This document shows, piece after piece, positions 18,171-28,576 of a DNA stretch of 64,000 nucleotides (within the stretch, counting starts at the first letter, position 1; the number at the start of each line of letters is the position of its first letter). The notes below the pieces were generated by a model, which was not told the DNA's origin, made no database searches, and was given only the letters and a program-made list of their open reading frames with translations. A program made the position numbers and the translations under genes. Origin of the DNA: an uncultured virus (IMG/VR IMGVR_UViG_3300037070_004147) (Duplodnaviria > Heunggongvirae > Uroviricota > Caudoviricetes). The stretch lies in IMG/VR virus record IMGVR_UViG_3300037070_004147. The stretch is one strand, 5' to 3'.

Positions 18171-18653
18171 ATGACGACTGCATCCCCGCTCAAGGGTACC
18201 GCCACCGCCTTAACCATCACCCTTGCCTCCCTTGCTGCCAGCGCCACCGCAGGCCGCGAGAGCACCGCAATCGACGGTGACACCGATGATGCGATTGACG
18301 CGGAGCTTGGCGGAAAGATTACGACTGGCACCACCCCCACCAATGGGAACTATATCGAGATCTGGCTTTACGGGTCTTACGACGGCACGACCTATACAGG
18401 CAGCGCGACCGGATCCAACGCCGCCTTAACCCCTGCCAATAAGAACCTGTTGAAGTTTGCCCTGGCCATTCAGGTATCGGCCACCAGCAACGTTACCCAC
18501 GCTTTCCATCTCGGATCCGTTGCTCAGTATTTCGGCGGCCTGATGCCGACCAAATGGGGCGTATGGGTGCTGAATAACTCAGGTGTGGCGCTGAACAGCA
18601 CCGGCGGCAACCACGAGTTTAAGTATCGGACTATTAAGTACGAGAGCAGCTAA
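18171..18653 (+). CDS. putative virion protein
   Basis: T/G/A-rich 160-aa ORF in late operon. Confidence 0.65.
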   Translation: MTTASPLKGTATALTITLASLAASATAGRESTAIDGDTDDAIDAELGGKITTGTTPTNGNYIEIWLYGSYDGTTYTGSATGSNAALTPANKNLLKFALAIQVSATSNVTHAFHLGSVAQYFGGLMPTKWGVWVLNNSGVALNSTGGNHEFKYRTIKYESS

Positions 18654-18656
18654 TCC

Positions 18657-19409
18657 GTGGGCACTAATGTCGACGATAACTCCAATTATTTCCGTCAGAC
18701 CGCCCCGGCAGTAGTAGCGCCGCCATTCACGGTTGGCATGTGGATTAAACCTAATGCCGCAACCAACGAATGCTCTTGGGCTTTAGGTGGCACCGGAGCT
18801 TCGGTTTCCTATCGTATCTTTACCAGCGGCGGCGGCGTCAACATCAGCAACCATGACGGCACCACTGGTACCAATGCGCAGATAGCGTCCCCGGCGGTTG
18901 TGACCGGGGCCTGGATGTATGTTGTAGCTAGGGTGATGTCTACGACGAACCGTAAGATCTCAGCTGTAACTTCGGTTGCCGGCGTTCAGCATGCCAGCAG
19001 CGTTACCAGCGCGACTGCGCCAACGTGTACGCAAATGAGCATCGGCACATGGTATACTAACGCCAGCGCAAACCAGTTCAGCGGCCATATTGCCGAGTTC
19101 TTCTTTGCCGACGTGGACGTTCAGGGCGACGGCGCTCAGTTGACCGATGAGTTAGTGATGCAGCTAGCCTTCCGTGGCCCATGGAGCGTCTCGCATCTAG
19201 TGCCGCGGATTCTCGAGTACATTTCGTTTCGTTCTGTGGTGGCTCCCACCGGGGGTATCATCATGGCACCGGCCTCTGATTTCTATCAGAAGGGGGCGAC
19301 TTCTCGGCCCTGGACGAATACGGTGGCGGCTACTCTTATCAGCGACCATCCTCCGCTGTATGATGATTATGTTCGGCCCAATCAGATTAAGAAGTTTGTT
19401 CCAATCTAG
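18657..19409 (+). CDS. LamG/concanavalin-like domain protein
   Basis: FTVGMWIKP..GAWMYVV..FSGHIAE pattern. Confidence 0.65.
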   Translation: MGTNVDDNSNYFRQTAPAVVAPPFTVGMWIKPNAATNECSWALGGTGASVSYRIFTSGGGVNISNHDGTTGTNAQIASPAVVTGAWMYVVARVMSTTNRKISAVTSVAGVQHASSVTSATAPTCTQMSIGTWYTNASANQFSGHIAEFFFADVDVQGDGAQLTDELVMQLAFRGPWSVSHLVPRILEYISFRSVVAPTGGIIMAPASDFYQKGATSRPWTNTVAATLISDHPPLYDDYVRPNQIKKFVPI

Positions 19410-19425
19410 CTAGGGAGGTGCTGCC

Positions 19426-22302
19426 ATGGCTTTCGGCTTTCTAGTACTACCCCTCGCTAGCTCTGCCGAGATCACCGGCAATGCGACCATCAACGAGGCG
19501 GCTGACACTTCCACCTCGGCTGCCGTTCTCGCGCTTTCCGCAACCGCCTCCATAACTGAGGCGGCGGATACCTCTACGACCGCGGCGACGCTGGCTATCA
19601 GCGCCACGGCCACAATCACCGAGGCGGCTGATACCTCCACCGCAGCTGGTGCCCTGGCGATTGTCGGCACCGATACGACCACCGAAGCGGCCGACACGCT
19701 CACCTCTGCGGCCGCACTGGCCATCTCGGCAACGGCTTCGATTAACGAAGCCGCCGATACCTCCACGTCTGCGGCGGTGCTCGCTCTATCCGCTACAGCC
19801 TCCATCACCGAGGCTGCCGACACATCCACCGCATTGATGACTCGCGATCTGTTCGCGACCGCGAGCGTCGACGAGACCGCAGACACCTCGACCAGCGCCG
19901 CGGCTTTGGCGATCTCTGCTACGGCTAGCATCAACGAGACAGCGGACACTCTGACTTCGGTTGCTGCGCTCGCCTTGGCCGGTACGGAAACTAGCACTGA
20001 GCAAGCCGACACCCTTAGCGCGCTGATGACGCGCGATCTGTTCGGCACGTTCACAGCGACCGAAGCTGCCGACACGCTGACGTCTGCGTCTATTCTCGAG
20101 GTGCTGGCGACGCTGACGGCGACTGAGGTTGCCGATACCCTCACCAGCGCCGCTGGCGTGGTCGTTGGCGGCTCGCTGGATAAGACCGAAGCTGCCGATA
20201 CGCTCACGTCCGCCAGCGTTCTAGCTATCAGCAGCGCATCAACGATTTCCGAGACCGCCGACACTCTGACGTCGGCGGCGGCGCTCGCCATTGTCGGCCT
20301 CGGTGGCGGCAACGAGCAAGCCGATACCATCTCGGCTGCTGCCACGCTGGCGATATCTGCAACGGCTTCGATTAACGAAGCGGCGGATACCGCCACGACG
20401 TTGATGACGCGCGATCTGTTCGCGACCGCGAGCATCAACGAAACGGCAGACACCCTCACCAGCGCCGCTGGCGTGGCGGTGGGCGGCTCTCTTGATGCGA
20501 CTGAGGTAGCGGACACCCTAACAGGAGTCGGCGCTCTAGCGCTTTCTGGTGCGGTCGACGCAACAGAACTGGCCGACGATGGATCCAGCACCGGCGAACT
20601 GGCGATTATCTCTAGCTCGTCGCCAAACGAGACTGCCGACACCCTAGACGCTGCGGCGGCTCACGATCCGTTCGGCGATGTGAGTGCCACTGAGGCGGCA
20701 GATACGCTGGACTCGGAAGGCGCGTCTGTCATCTCCGGCAGCGCCGATATCTACGAGACGCCTGACACCATCACTACCACGACGATCCTTCTGATCGTCG
20801 GCACGGCCGACTCTACCGAAATAGCAGATACAGTAGATGCCGTTGGCGGCAACACCGGCGAAGGCGTCGTCATCGCGACAGAGGTAGCGGATGATGTCGT
20901 CGCGGCCGGCGGCATTCCGATCTTTGCGCTGTTTAATGAATCGGAAGCTGCCGACACCTTGAGCGGCCTGGGGCTGTTCGATCTGTTCGGCACGGCGGAT
21001 CTCACCGAAGCCGCCGACACCAGCGACTCGGCGGCGGTGCTGGATATCACCGCGACCGCGGATATCAACGAGACTGCTGACACTTCAGACGCCACGGGCT
21101 CTATCGACATCGTTGCGTCTATAGAGGTGACGGAAGCGGCTGACACGCTGGATGCCCTAGCCGGCGTCTTCGTTTCCGCCGAGCTTGAGGCCACCGAAGT
21201 CGCAGACACGATGTCTGCTGACAGCTTCCTGACAACGAATGGCTACGTCGACGCCACGGAGGTTGCGGACGACTGCGTTTCTGACGGTATCATCCCGCTC
21301 AACGGCGGGGCCGAGATGGCCGAAAATAGCGATAGCCTTGACGCTTCTGGGCAACTCGCCATTGTGTCGTCGGGGGTCGATGCCACCGAGGTGGCCGATA
21401 GCCTCGACGCTGCAGCCATACTGGAGATCCTAGGAAATGTTGAGTTTACGGAGTCTGCCGACTCGAACCAAGCGTCTGGCGAAGTTGCGATTGCGGGTTC
21501 GATCGCAATTGATGAAGCCGGAGACACCCTCGAATCATCCTCGGTCCTGCTGGTTACTGCCAGCCTGGATTCGACGGAAAGCCCGGACGGAATCTCTAGC
21601 GCGGCGGGCCTCGGCATCATCGCGCTCCTTACCGCAACCGACGTTTCGGATAGTTTCGAATCAACCGGCGCACTTGCGCTCACCGGGTCTGTCGCCGGAA
21701 CTGAGGCTGGTGACACTCTAAGCTCTGACGCCGTCAGGGGCCGCGAAGCCGATGTAAACGCCACTGAGGCTGCGGACACTGCGTCTGCAGCTGGCGCATT
21801 GGCAATTGTCAGTAGCGTGTCAGTAGCCGAGGTTGCTGACACGACTTCCGCGGCTGGCATCCTGGCGATTTCCGGCACGTTGTCGGCGACCGAGACAGCC
21901 GACACTGTAATCACTGATTCCCTACTGGGTCGCGCCGCTTCTGCCTCGTTGTCTGAGGCTGCCGATACGCTTCAGGCTGCCGGGGAGACGCCCATCGTGG
22001 CGACTCTCAATAGGAACGAGACAGCCGATACCGTTACCTCCGTTCTTCTCCCCGGAAGAACCGCAGTATCGACTATCACGGAAAGGCGAGATACTATCTC
22101 TGCCGCCGGACTTAATCCGGAAACGCCGATTATCATTCCGCAGGGGCGGCGAGTTAATCTGGTTGGCGTTCTTAGAGATAGGATTCACATGGTCGGCAGG
22201 ATCCACGGCGGGCCTAATGCGGGGAATGTTGTGGAGTTCCCGAGAATATCTCTGGTCGGCAGGACGATGACGGGTATTAGGCTGATTGGGAGAATGAAGT
22301 GA
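19426..22302 (+). CDS. long 21-aa EAADT repeat protein (putative virion filament)
   Basis: About 40 repeats; paralog of 3077..4669; GGGAGG RBS. Confidence 0.85.
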   Translation: MAFGFLVLPLASSAEITGNATINEAADTSTSAAVLALSATASITEAADTSTTAATLAISATATITEAADTSTAAGALAIVGTDTTTEAADTLTSAAALAISATASINEAADTSTSAAVLALSATASITEAADTSTALMTRDLFATASVDETADTSTSAAALAISATASINETADTLTSVAALALAGTETSTEQADTLSALMTRDLFGTFTATEAADTLTSASILEVLATLTATEVADTLTSAAGVVVGGSLDKTEAADTLTSASVLAISSASTISETADTLTSAAALAIVGLGGGNEQADTISAAATLAISATASINEAADTATTLMTRDLFATASINETADTLTSAAGVAVGGSLDATEVADTLTGVGALALSGAVDATELADDGSSTGELAIISSSSPNETADTLDAAAAHDPFGDVSATEAADTLDSEGASVISGSADIYETPDTITTTTILLIVGTADSTEIADTVDAVGGNTGEGVVIATEVADDVVAAGGIPIFALFNESEAADTLSGLGLFDLFGTADLTEAADTSDSAAVLDITATADINETADTSDATGSIDIVASIEVTEAADTLDALAGVFVSAELEATEVADTMSADSFLTTNGYVDATEVADDCVSDGIIPLNGGAEMAENSDSLDASGQLAIVSSGVDATEVADSLDAAAILEILGNVEFTESADSNQASGEVAIAGSIAIDEAGDTLESSSVLLVTASLDSTESPDGISSAAGLGIIALLTATDVSDSFESTGALALTGSVAGTEAGDTLSSDAVRGREADVNATEAADTASAAGALAIVSSVSVAEVADTTSAAGILAISGTLSATETADTVITDSLLGRAASASLSEAADTLQAAGETPIVATLNRNETADTVTSVLLPGRTAVSTITERRDTISAAGLNPETPIIIPQGRRVNLVGVLRDRIHMVGRIHGGPNAGNVVEFPRISLVGRTMTGIRLIGRMK

Positions 22303-22661
22303 GCAAGAATAACTTCCCGATGTATGCTGGTGACACCCTGTCTATTGTCATTACCGTATTAGATGATGCCGGGGAGCCGGTGGATCTTTCCGATGCAACT
22401 TCAATTCGCTGGCAAATGGCGACATCCATCAGGGCTGCTGAGCCGTTGGTCGTTAAGGAGCTAGGAGACGGTATCGAATTGGTAGATGACACCACTTCCG
22501 ATTTCGAAGTTTCATTGTTGTCTGAGGACACTGAGAATATTGCGGCTGGAACTTATTACCACGAGGCTGAGGTTATTCTCGAGACCGCCGGACTGGATCC
22601 GATTACTTCTACCGTCATTGGCGGCAACATCCTGCTTCGCCCGTCGCTGATTAAGGCCTAA
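22299..22661 (+). CDS. BppU-N-like adaptor protein
   Basis: GDTLSIVITVLDDAGEPVDLS..L..EDT..GTYYHE. Confidence 0.65.
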   Translation: MSKNNFPMYAGDTLSIVITVLDDAGEPVDLSDATSIRWQMATSIRAAEPLVVKELGDGIELVDDTTSDFEVSLLSEDTENIAAGTYYHEAEVILETAGLDPITSTVIGGNILLRPSLIKA

Positions 22662-22663
22662 CA

Positions 22664-22969
22664 ATGAAGCCCTTCCCTAAGCCTATGGTTGAAGAGATAG
22701 GGGTTACCAATCTGGGACCAGTGCCCAATGGCATGTCCTTTCTTGACGCAACCGTGGCGATGCGGCAGCAGCGTAAGTACACGATTAACCCTAACTGTCA
22801 GTCTCGACGGCTGACTGTTTGCGAGACGATGCGAGAGATTTACCGGGCCGCTGAGAATATTCCGGAACCTCATAAGCAGATAATTCAGGAGTTGGCGGCT
22901 GCTGGCTTTGACTATGGTAAGAGAATGAACCAGCGGATGGTTGATTTGAAGGCGGCGCTTAGTGCTTAA
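22664..22969 (+). CDS. hypothetical protein
   Basis: 101 aa, coupled to the glycosyltransferase. Confidence 0.6.
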   Translation: MKPFPKPMVEEIGVTNLGPVPNGMSFLDATVAMRQQRKYTINPNCQSRRLTVCETMREIYRAAENIPEPHKQIIQELAAAGFDYGKRMNQRMVDLKAALSA

Positions 22970-23885
22970 GGTTCTCACTTGGCTTTGGGATCAGCCCGGC
23001 GGACGCACGCGGTACACTGCGGGTCACGTTAATATCTGGGCTGCTATGGTCGAGCGGCATCTTTCCCTGCCTCACACGCTTGCATGCGTCACTGATACCC
23101 CTGAGGGCTTACGTGACGACATCGAGATCATTGTGCCGCCGGGTGATTTCGTTGGCATCGAGACTCCCACTTGGGGTGGCGGGCTGCCGAATTGCTTCCG
23201 CCGTTTGGCGATGTTTCGCCCGGACGCCGCAGACATCTTTGGCGAACGTTTCGTGTGCATGGACACCGATTGCGTAATTGCCGATTCCCTGGACCCCCTG
23301 TTTGAGAGGGATGAGGATCTGATAATGTACCGCGGGACTAACTTCTCGCGGCCGTATAATGGCTCTATGATGATGCTGACTGCTGGGTGTCGTCCTAAGG
23401 TGTACAATCTATTTAAACCAGAACTAGCCAGCAAGGCAGGATATCAGTATGTTGGCTCCGACCAGTCTTGGATTTCCTATGTGCTAGGCGAGGGTGAGGC
23501 GGTTTGGGGTCATGAGGATGGAGTTGCGTGGTTCGGAAGTCGCTGGAACAGAGACACCAGAATTATGTTCTTTCCTGGGCACCCCAAGCCGTGGCATTTG
23601 GTGGGGCGGTCCAAACTAGTGACGGATAATTATTACGGCGCTGAGGGTGGTCGTTGTATTATACTCAGCGTTGGCAAGACGCTTTGGCAGGATGCATTAC
23701 GAGCAATGGCGGAACCTTATGATGCCGTAATCGCCTTGCCGGAGGTTGCAGACAAGTGGGCCGGTCCTCTCCGCGAGGTCTGCAATGACGAGACTGCGGC
23801 GCTGATTGCCGCCAGAATGCACGGCTTCGATGAGGTCGTAGTGTGCGGCAAGATGGGGGACGCTGAATGCGCATTCTCGGCTTAG
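22962..23885 (+). CDS. GT-A fold glycosyltransferase (GT8-like)
   Basis: ACVTD, DxD (MDTDCVI), YNGSMM, SDQSWI, FPGHPKPW. Confidence 0.8.
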   Translation: MLKVLTWLWDQPGGRTRYTAGHVNIWAAMVERHLSLPHTLACVTDTPEGLRDDIEIIVPPGDFVGIETPTWGGGLPNCFRRLAMFRPDAADIFGERFVCMDTDCVIADSLDPLFERDEDLIMYRGTNFSRPYNGSMMMLTAGCRPKVYNLFKPELASKAGYQYVGSDQSWISYVLGEGEAVWGHEDGVAWFGSRWNRDTRIMFFPGHPKPWHLVGRSKLVTDNYYGAEGGRCIILSVGKTLWQDALRAMAEPYDAVIALPEVADKWAGPLREVCNDETAALIAARMHGFDEVVVCGKMGDAECAFSA

Positions 23886-25615
23886 ACATCAAGCGCCTCC
23901 CAAAGCCGGTTAAGAAGCTGCAGCAGATTGACGGCCGCGGTGGCGGCTGGATCAATGTCATCCGCGAGTCGTTTCCTGGCGCCTTTCAGCACAACGTGAC
24001 GCTGGAAGTTCCGAATATAACTTCATTCGGGGCAGTGTATGCATGCACAACCCTGATTGCATCAGATATTGCCAAGATGAGGATCCGTCTTGTTCAGATG
24101 GATGGCGACGGAATTTGGCAGGAGACTGAAAATCCTGCTTACTCTCCCGTGCTTCGTAAGCCAAACCATTATCAGACCCGCATTGAATTCATCAGCCGTT
24201 GGGTTTTGTCCAAGCTGCTTTACGGCAATGCGTACATCCTGAAAGAGCGCGACACTCGTGGCGTCGTAACCGCGATGTACGTCCTTAATCCTCAGTGGGT
24301 CAAGGTGTTAGTTACTCAGCAAGGCGACGTGTACTACGAAGTTAACAAGGACGAACTTTCAAGTCAGTATTCAGAGAATGCTACTATTCCGGCTAGGAAT
24401 ATCATTCACGATAAGATGAATACCTTATTCCACCCGCTGGTTGGGGTGTCTCCGATCTTTGCCTGCGGCTTGGCCGCGGTGCAGGGGATGCGGATCCAGA
24501 ATAACTCCGCTGGCTTCTTTGCCAACGGGGCTCGCCCCAGCGGCGTTCTCTCGGCTCCGGACGAGATTGGCGATGAGACTGCGGCTCGACTCAAGACGTA
24601 CTGGGAAGAGCAATTCAACGGGCAGAATGCCGGTAAGATTGCTGTGCTTGGTGACGGCCTCAAGTACGAGCCCATGATGATGACGTCGGCGGATGCTCAG
24701 GTGATTGAGCAGCTGCGCTGGACGTCTGAGAATGTTTGCAGTGCCTTCCATGTCCCGGCGCACATGATCGGCGTGGGCCCGACGGAGAGCAATAACAACG
24801 TAGAAACTCGCCTGCAGATGTACTACTCGCAGTGCTTGCAGATTCACGTTGAGTCGATTGAGCTTCTGCTGGACGAGGCGCTAGGTCTCGCCCCGGCCAC
24901 CGATGCCTCTCGGCCGCTCGGCACAGAGTTCGATCTCGACGCTCTGCTTCGGATGGACACTGCTTCGCTGATCAAGGCGGAGGCTGAAGCGGTCGGTGCC
25001 GGTATCAAGACTCCGAACGAGGCTCGCTATCGTCTGGGCTTACCGCCGATTTCTGGCGGTGAGAGCGCGTATCTCCAGCAGCAGAACTTTAGCCTGGAAG
25101 CGTTGGCCAAGCGCGACGCTCAAGACGATCCGTTCGCTCCCGCTACAACCCCGGCCGCTGAGGCGCCCATTGCGCTGCCGGCCCCGGATCCGAAGCCGGC
25201 TGATGAAGCGAGGCAGATCACTGACATGGTCACGGCGCTTCGCGAGTCCATGCCGCGGGAGATCGATCCATCCGAGATCGTCGAGGGTGTGGTCGAGCGC
25301 GTCTCCACCCCGTTCGACAGCTTCTCTTCGCAGCTAGAAGACATGCGCCAGAAGTACGCCGAGCGCGAGGCTGCAAGGCTGGAGGCGGATGCTCTTGCCA
25401 GAGAAGCGCTCGAGGCTGCGCGTAGCGAGACGGAGCGGCTCGCCAGCGCCATCGAAGAGACCAACAGCATCGAAGCAGCCCGGCTCGCTCGTGAGGCTGC
25501 GGAAGCGGCTGAGCGGCTCGCCGCGGAGCAAGCCGATGCTGAGGATAAATCGGAAAGTCAGAAGCTGGCCGAAGCGCTGCGGCTGAAGTTCTTGGAGGAA
25601 GTCGATGGCGCTTGA
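23867..25615 (+). CDS. HK97-family portal protein with C-terminal extension
   Basis: AVYACTTLIASDIA, GNAY, GVSPI, FFANGARPSG, TPNEAR. Confidence 0.95.
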   Translation: MRILGLDIKRLPKPVKKLQQIDGRGGGWINVIRESFPGAFQHNVTLEVPNITSFGAVYACTTLIASDIAKMRIRLVQMDGDGIWQETENPAYSPVLRKPNHYQTRIEFISRWVLSKLLYGNAYILKERDTRGVVTAMYVLNPQWVKVLVTQQGDVYYEVNKDELSSQYSENATIPARNIIHDKMNTLFHPLVGVSPIFACGLAAVQGMRIQNNSAGFFANGARPSGVLSAPDEIGDETAARLKTYWEEQFNGQNAGKIAVLGDGLKYEPMMMTSADAQVIEQLRWTSENVCSAFHVPAHMIGVGPTESNNNVETRLQMYYSQCLQIHVESIELLLDEALGLAPATDASRPLGTEFDLDALLRMDTASLIKAEAEAVGAGIKTPNEARYRLGLPPISGGESAYLQQQNFSLEALAKRDAQDDPFAPATTPAAEAPIALPAPDPKPADEARQITDMVTALRESMPREIDPSEIVEGVVERVSTPFDSFSSQLEDMRQKYAEREAARLEADALAREALEAARSETERLASAIEETNSIEAARLAREAAEAAERLAAEQADAEDKSESQKLAEALRLKFLEEVDGA

Positions 25616-27431
25616 TGTTGATGTGATCGCAGACGCGCTGTTCGCGGGAACGACTAGACTTCTTGAGCGAAAGTTGGCTCCGGTGCTCGCGGCGAACGCG
25701 GCACTGCTAGAAGAGAATGAGCGACTTTCGCAGCGGCTCGCCCTCGTTGAGGGACGGGAAATCCCGGTGTTTGATCCTAGTGAAATCAACGACGAGTTAG
25801 GCCATGTGAAGCGGGTTCTAGAGTCGCTGGAAGTTGATAAGCGCATCGAGGAGCGGCTCACCGGCGTCACCAAGACACTTGAGGACGGCTTGGCTTCCAT
25901 TCCGCGGCCTGAGCCGCTGCCGGACATTGACGGCATGGTTGCCAAGGCCACTGAGGGGCTGCAGGAGCGGCTCAAGGGTGTCGAGGGTACCGTTTTGGGG
26001 CTACCGACAGTCGAGGCCATAGAGGCCGCCGTAGCGCCTCTGCGCGAGGCTGTGGATGCCGTTAAAGCGGTCGAGGTTCCTGACGTGACGGGCTTGGTCG
26101 AGGCTGAGGTGGCTAAGCAGCTAGCGCCGCAGCTGTGCCAACAGGTAGGCCCAGAGGATATCGCCGCAATCGTTGCGGCCGAGGTCGACAAGATCCCAGT
26201 TCCGCAGGATGGCAAGGACGCCGAACTGCCGGATATCGCTGCGATGATCGCTGCCGAGGTTGCGAAAATCCCCGCGCCCCAGGACGGCAAAGACGCAGAA
26301 CTCCCAGACATCGCGGCCATGGTTGCTGCCGAAGTTGCTAAGATTCCGGTGCCGGCTGACGGCAAGGACGCCGAGCTTCCGGATATCGCGGCGATGGTTG
26401 CGGCCGAGGTCGCTAAGATCCCCGCACCGGCTGACGGCAAGGACGCTGAGCTTCCCGACATTCCGGCGCTGATTAACGAGGCGGTCGCCCCGCTTGTCGC
26501 CGAGGCGGTTGCCCAGATTCAGCTACCGGAATTGCCGGATGTTAAGTCCATTGTCGCGGAAGAGGTTGCCAAGATCCCTGCGCCGGTCGATGGCAAGGAC
26601 GCTGAGCTTCCTGACATTCCAGCTTTAGTCGCTGAGGCGGTTGCCCAGATTCAGCTTCCGGAGTTGCCAGACGTCAAGTCTCTGGTCATGGAAGAGGTCG
26701 CTAAGATCCCCGCACCGGCTGACGGCAAGGACGCTGAGCTTCCCGACATTCCGGCGCTAGTTGCCGAAGCGGTTGCGCAGGTTCCGCTCCCTGAACTGCC
26801 TGACGTCAAGTCACTTGTCGCCGAAGAGGTGGCCAAGATCCCGCCCGCGCGCGATGGCAAGGATTACGACCCTGCGGTGCTTGACGAGCTTAAGTCTGGG
26901 ATTGAAGCTCGCTTTGCCGAGCTAGATGCCGATCACAAGCAGATCGGCGGAATCGTAGCCGGAGAAATCCGGAGCGCTCTAGACAGTCTCCGAAAGGAAG
27001 TGCCGCAGCTGGCGGCGCCGACGTTCCGTCTGAACGAAGACGGCGAACTCATCGCCAAGAATCAGAACGGCGAGACGTTCAATGTCGGCAAGGTCCGTGG
27101 CAATGACGGCCTGGGCCTGGATGACATCGAGGTTGATTACGACGGCGAACGGCGCATCAGCTTTAAGATGCGCGGAGCCGGCCGTGAGACAGAACCGCGC
27201 ACCTTCGTTCTGCCTATCTCGATTTACCGTGGTGTGTGGCAGCAGGACCAGACTTACGAGAAGGGTGACAACGTGACTTGGGCTGGCTCTATTTGGGTAG
27301 CTCAGACGGACACTGCGGCCAAGCCGGAAACCAATAGCGACTGGAAGCTGGCGGTTAAGCGCGGCCGCGACGGCAAGGATCGTGTAGCGCCTCCCACGCC
27401 CAGTGCGCCTACGCGAGGGGGTCGGCAATGA
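25605..27431 (+). CDS. portal-associated repeat protein
   Basis: Repeats VAAEVAKIPAPADGKDAELPDI; C-terminal YRGVW..GDNVTWAGSIW..AVKRGRDG. Confidence 0.8.
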   Translation: MALDVDVIADALFAGTTRLLERKLAPVLAANAALLEENERLSQRLALVEGREIPVFDPSEINDELGHVKRVLESLEVDKRIEERLTGVTKTLEDGLASIPRPEPLPDIDGMVAKATEGLQERLKGVEGTVLGLPTVEAIEAAVAPLREAVDAVKAVEVPDVTGLVEAEVAKQLAPQLCQQVGPEDIAAIVAAEVDKIPVPQDGKDAELPDIAAMIAAEVAKIPAPQDGKDAELPDIAAMVAAEVAKIPVPADGKDAELPDIAAMVAAEVAKIPAPADGKDAELPDIPALINEAVAPLVAEAVAQIQLPELPDVKSIVAEEVAKIPAPVDGKDAELPDIPALVAEAVAQIQLPELPDVKSLVMEEVAKIPAPADGKDAELPDIPALVAEAVAQVPLPELPDVKSLVAEEVAKIPPARDGKDYDPAVLDELKSGIEARFAELDADHKQIGGIVAGEIRSALDSLRKEVPQLAAPTFRLNEDGELIAKNQNGETFNVGKVRGNDGLGLDDIEVDYDGERRISFKMRGAGRETEPRTFVLPISIYRGVWQQDQTYEKGDNVTWAGSIWVAQTDTAAKPETNSDWKLAVKRGRDGKDRVAPPTPSAPTRGGRQ

Positions 27432-27712
27432 TCTCCTTAATCACTTACGACGAGGCTCTGGCGCAGCTGCGGCTGGATGAGGGTGCCTTCGATGAAGACG
27501 ACATCAAACAGAAAATGGAAGAAGCATCCGACATCGTGGTGGGCTACATTAAGCACCTTGATAACTCGTGGTCAGAGGACACGTGCCCTCCGCGGATTAA
27601 GGCGGCTATTAAGATTGTGCTCTCAAACCTCTATGATAATCGAACGGATGATCCTCTTACTCCGGGTGTTAAGAATATCCTCAAGCGTGATCGCGATCCT
27701 GCTCTCGCTTAA
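27428..27712 (+). CDS. head-tail connector (HK97 gp6-like)
   Basis: LAQLRLD..P..IKAAI..LYDNR. Confidence 0.8.
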   Translation: MISLITYDEALAQLRLDEGAFDEDDIKQKMEEASDIVVGYIKHLDNSWSEDTCPPRIKAAIKIVLSNLYDNRTDDPLTPGVKNILKRDRDPALA

Positions 27713-27734
27713 TCTCCGAAAGGGAGTTGTCTAA

Positions 27735-28238
27735 ATGACGGTTACGGCAGAATTCAAGGCGACACTGGCCTTTCGGCAGGTTGGTAGCAACGATCTCGGC
27801 GGCCCGAACTTTAACGGCGAGGTTGAGGCCGATCTTCGGTTTACCGATGGCACCACGGCGAACAAGGCCGATCTCTTCTGGGCCGACACGCGCACGCTGG
27901 CTGCGTCGGCTACTGAGGATCTGGACCTTGCCGGTGTTCTCACGGATGCGTTTGGCACTACGGTGACCATGGCGGAAGTTGTGGGCATCATGGTCAAGGC
28001 CGATGCGGCCAACACCAATGACGTGGTGCTCGGTGCCGCGACTCAGCCGATCCCGCTCTTCGGCGGTACGCTGGGGACGTTCGCGGTCAAGCCGGGTGGT
28101 TTCTTTGCGATTGGCGCTCCTGGCGCGGCCGGTCAGCTTACGGTTGGTGCTGCGGCGACGGATGACCTCAAGGTCACCAACAGCAGTTCCGGCACTTCGG
28201 TCACCTACACCATCGCAGTTCTGGGACGCTCTGCCTAA
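27735..28238 (+). CDS. putative virion protein
   Basis: 167 aa, A/T/G-rich, between neck genes. Confidence 0.65.
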   Translation: MTVTAEFKATLAFRQVGSNDLGGPNFNGEVEADLRFTDGTTANKADLFWADTRTLAASATEDLDLAGVLTDAFGTTVTMAEVVGIMVKADAANTNDVVLGAATQPIPLFGGTLGTFAVKPGGFFAIGAPGAAGQLTVGAAATDDLKVTNSSSGTSVTYTIAVLGRSA

Positions 28239-28240
28239 CC

Positions 28241-28576
28241 ATGTCCATGAACGAAGACCTTGGTCCGCTGGACCGCCGCGTCACGATCGAAAGGTCGATC
28301 GCCATCCCTGATGGGCTGGGCGGCGAAGAGGCTTCGTGGGGCCGGCATGCTGACGTGTGGGCAAGCTACTATCCAATCAGTGATAGCGAGCGCCTGCGCG
28401 CGGCTGAGGTTGCGGCTACTATTACGGCAAGGTTCCGCATCAGGTGGGGCCTAGACGTGGGCCCTACCGATCGGCTTGTTTTCGATGGACGCATTTATGA
28501 GATCGTCGGCGTCAAGGAGATTGGCCGGCATAAGGGACAAGAGATTACTGCGGGCTCTAGGGCGGAGGCGATTTGA
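28241..28576 (+). CDS. head closure / head-tail adaptor
   Basis: LDRRVTI..DGLGG..VWA..FRIR..GRIYEI. Confidence 0.88.
   Translation: MSMNEDLGPLDRRVTIERSIAIPDGLGGEEASWGRHADVWASYYPISDSERLRAAEVAATITARFRIRWGLDVGPTDRLVFDGRIYEIVGVKEIGRHKGQEITAGSRAEAI

Noticed and set aside
19480..20520. Periodic DNA repeats resembling a CRISPR array
   Set aside because: Degenerate 63-nt in-frame coding repeats without unique spacers; no cas genes
14879..27431. Protease-capsid fusion placed before portal as a novelty
   Set aside because: This order is already known from other HK97-like phages and prophages
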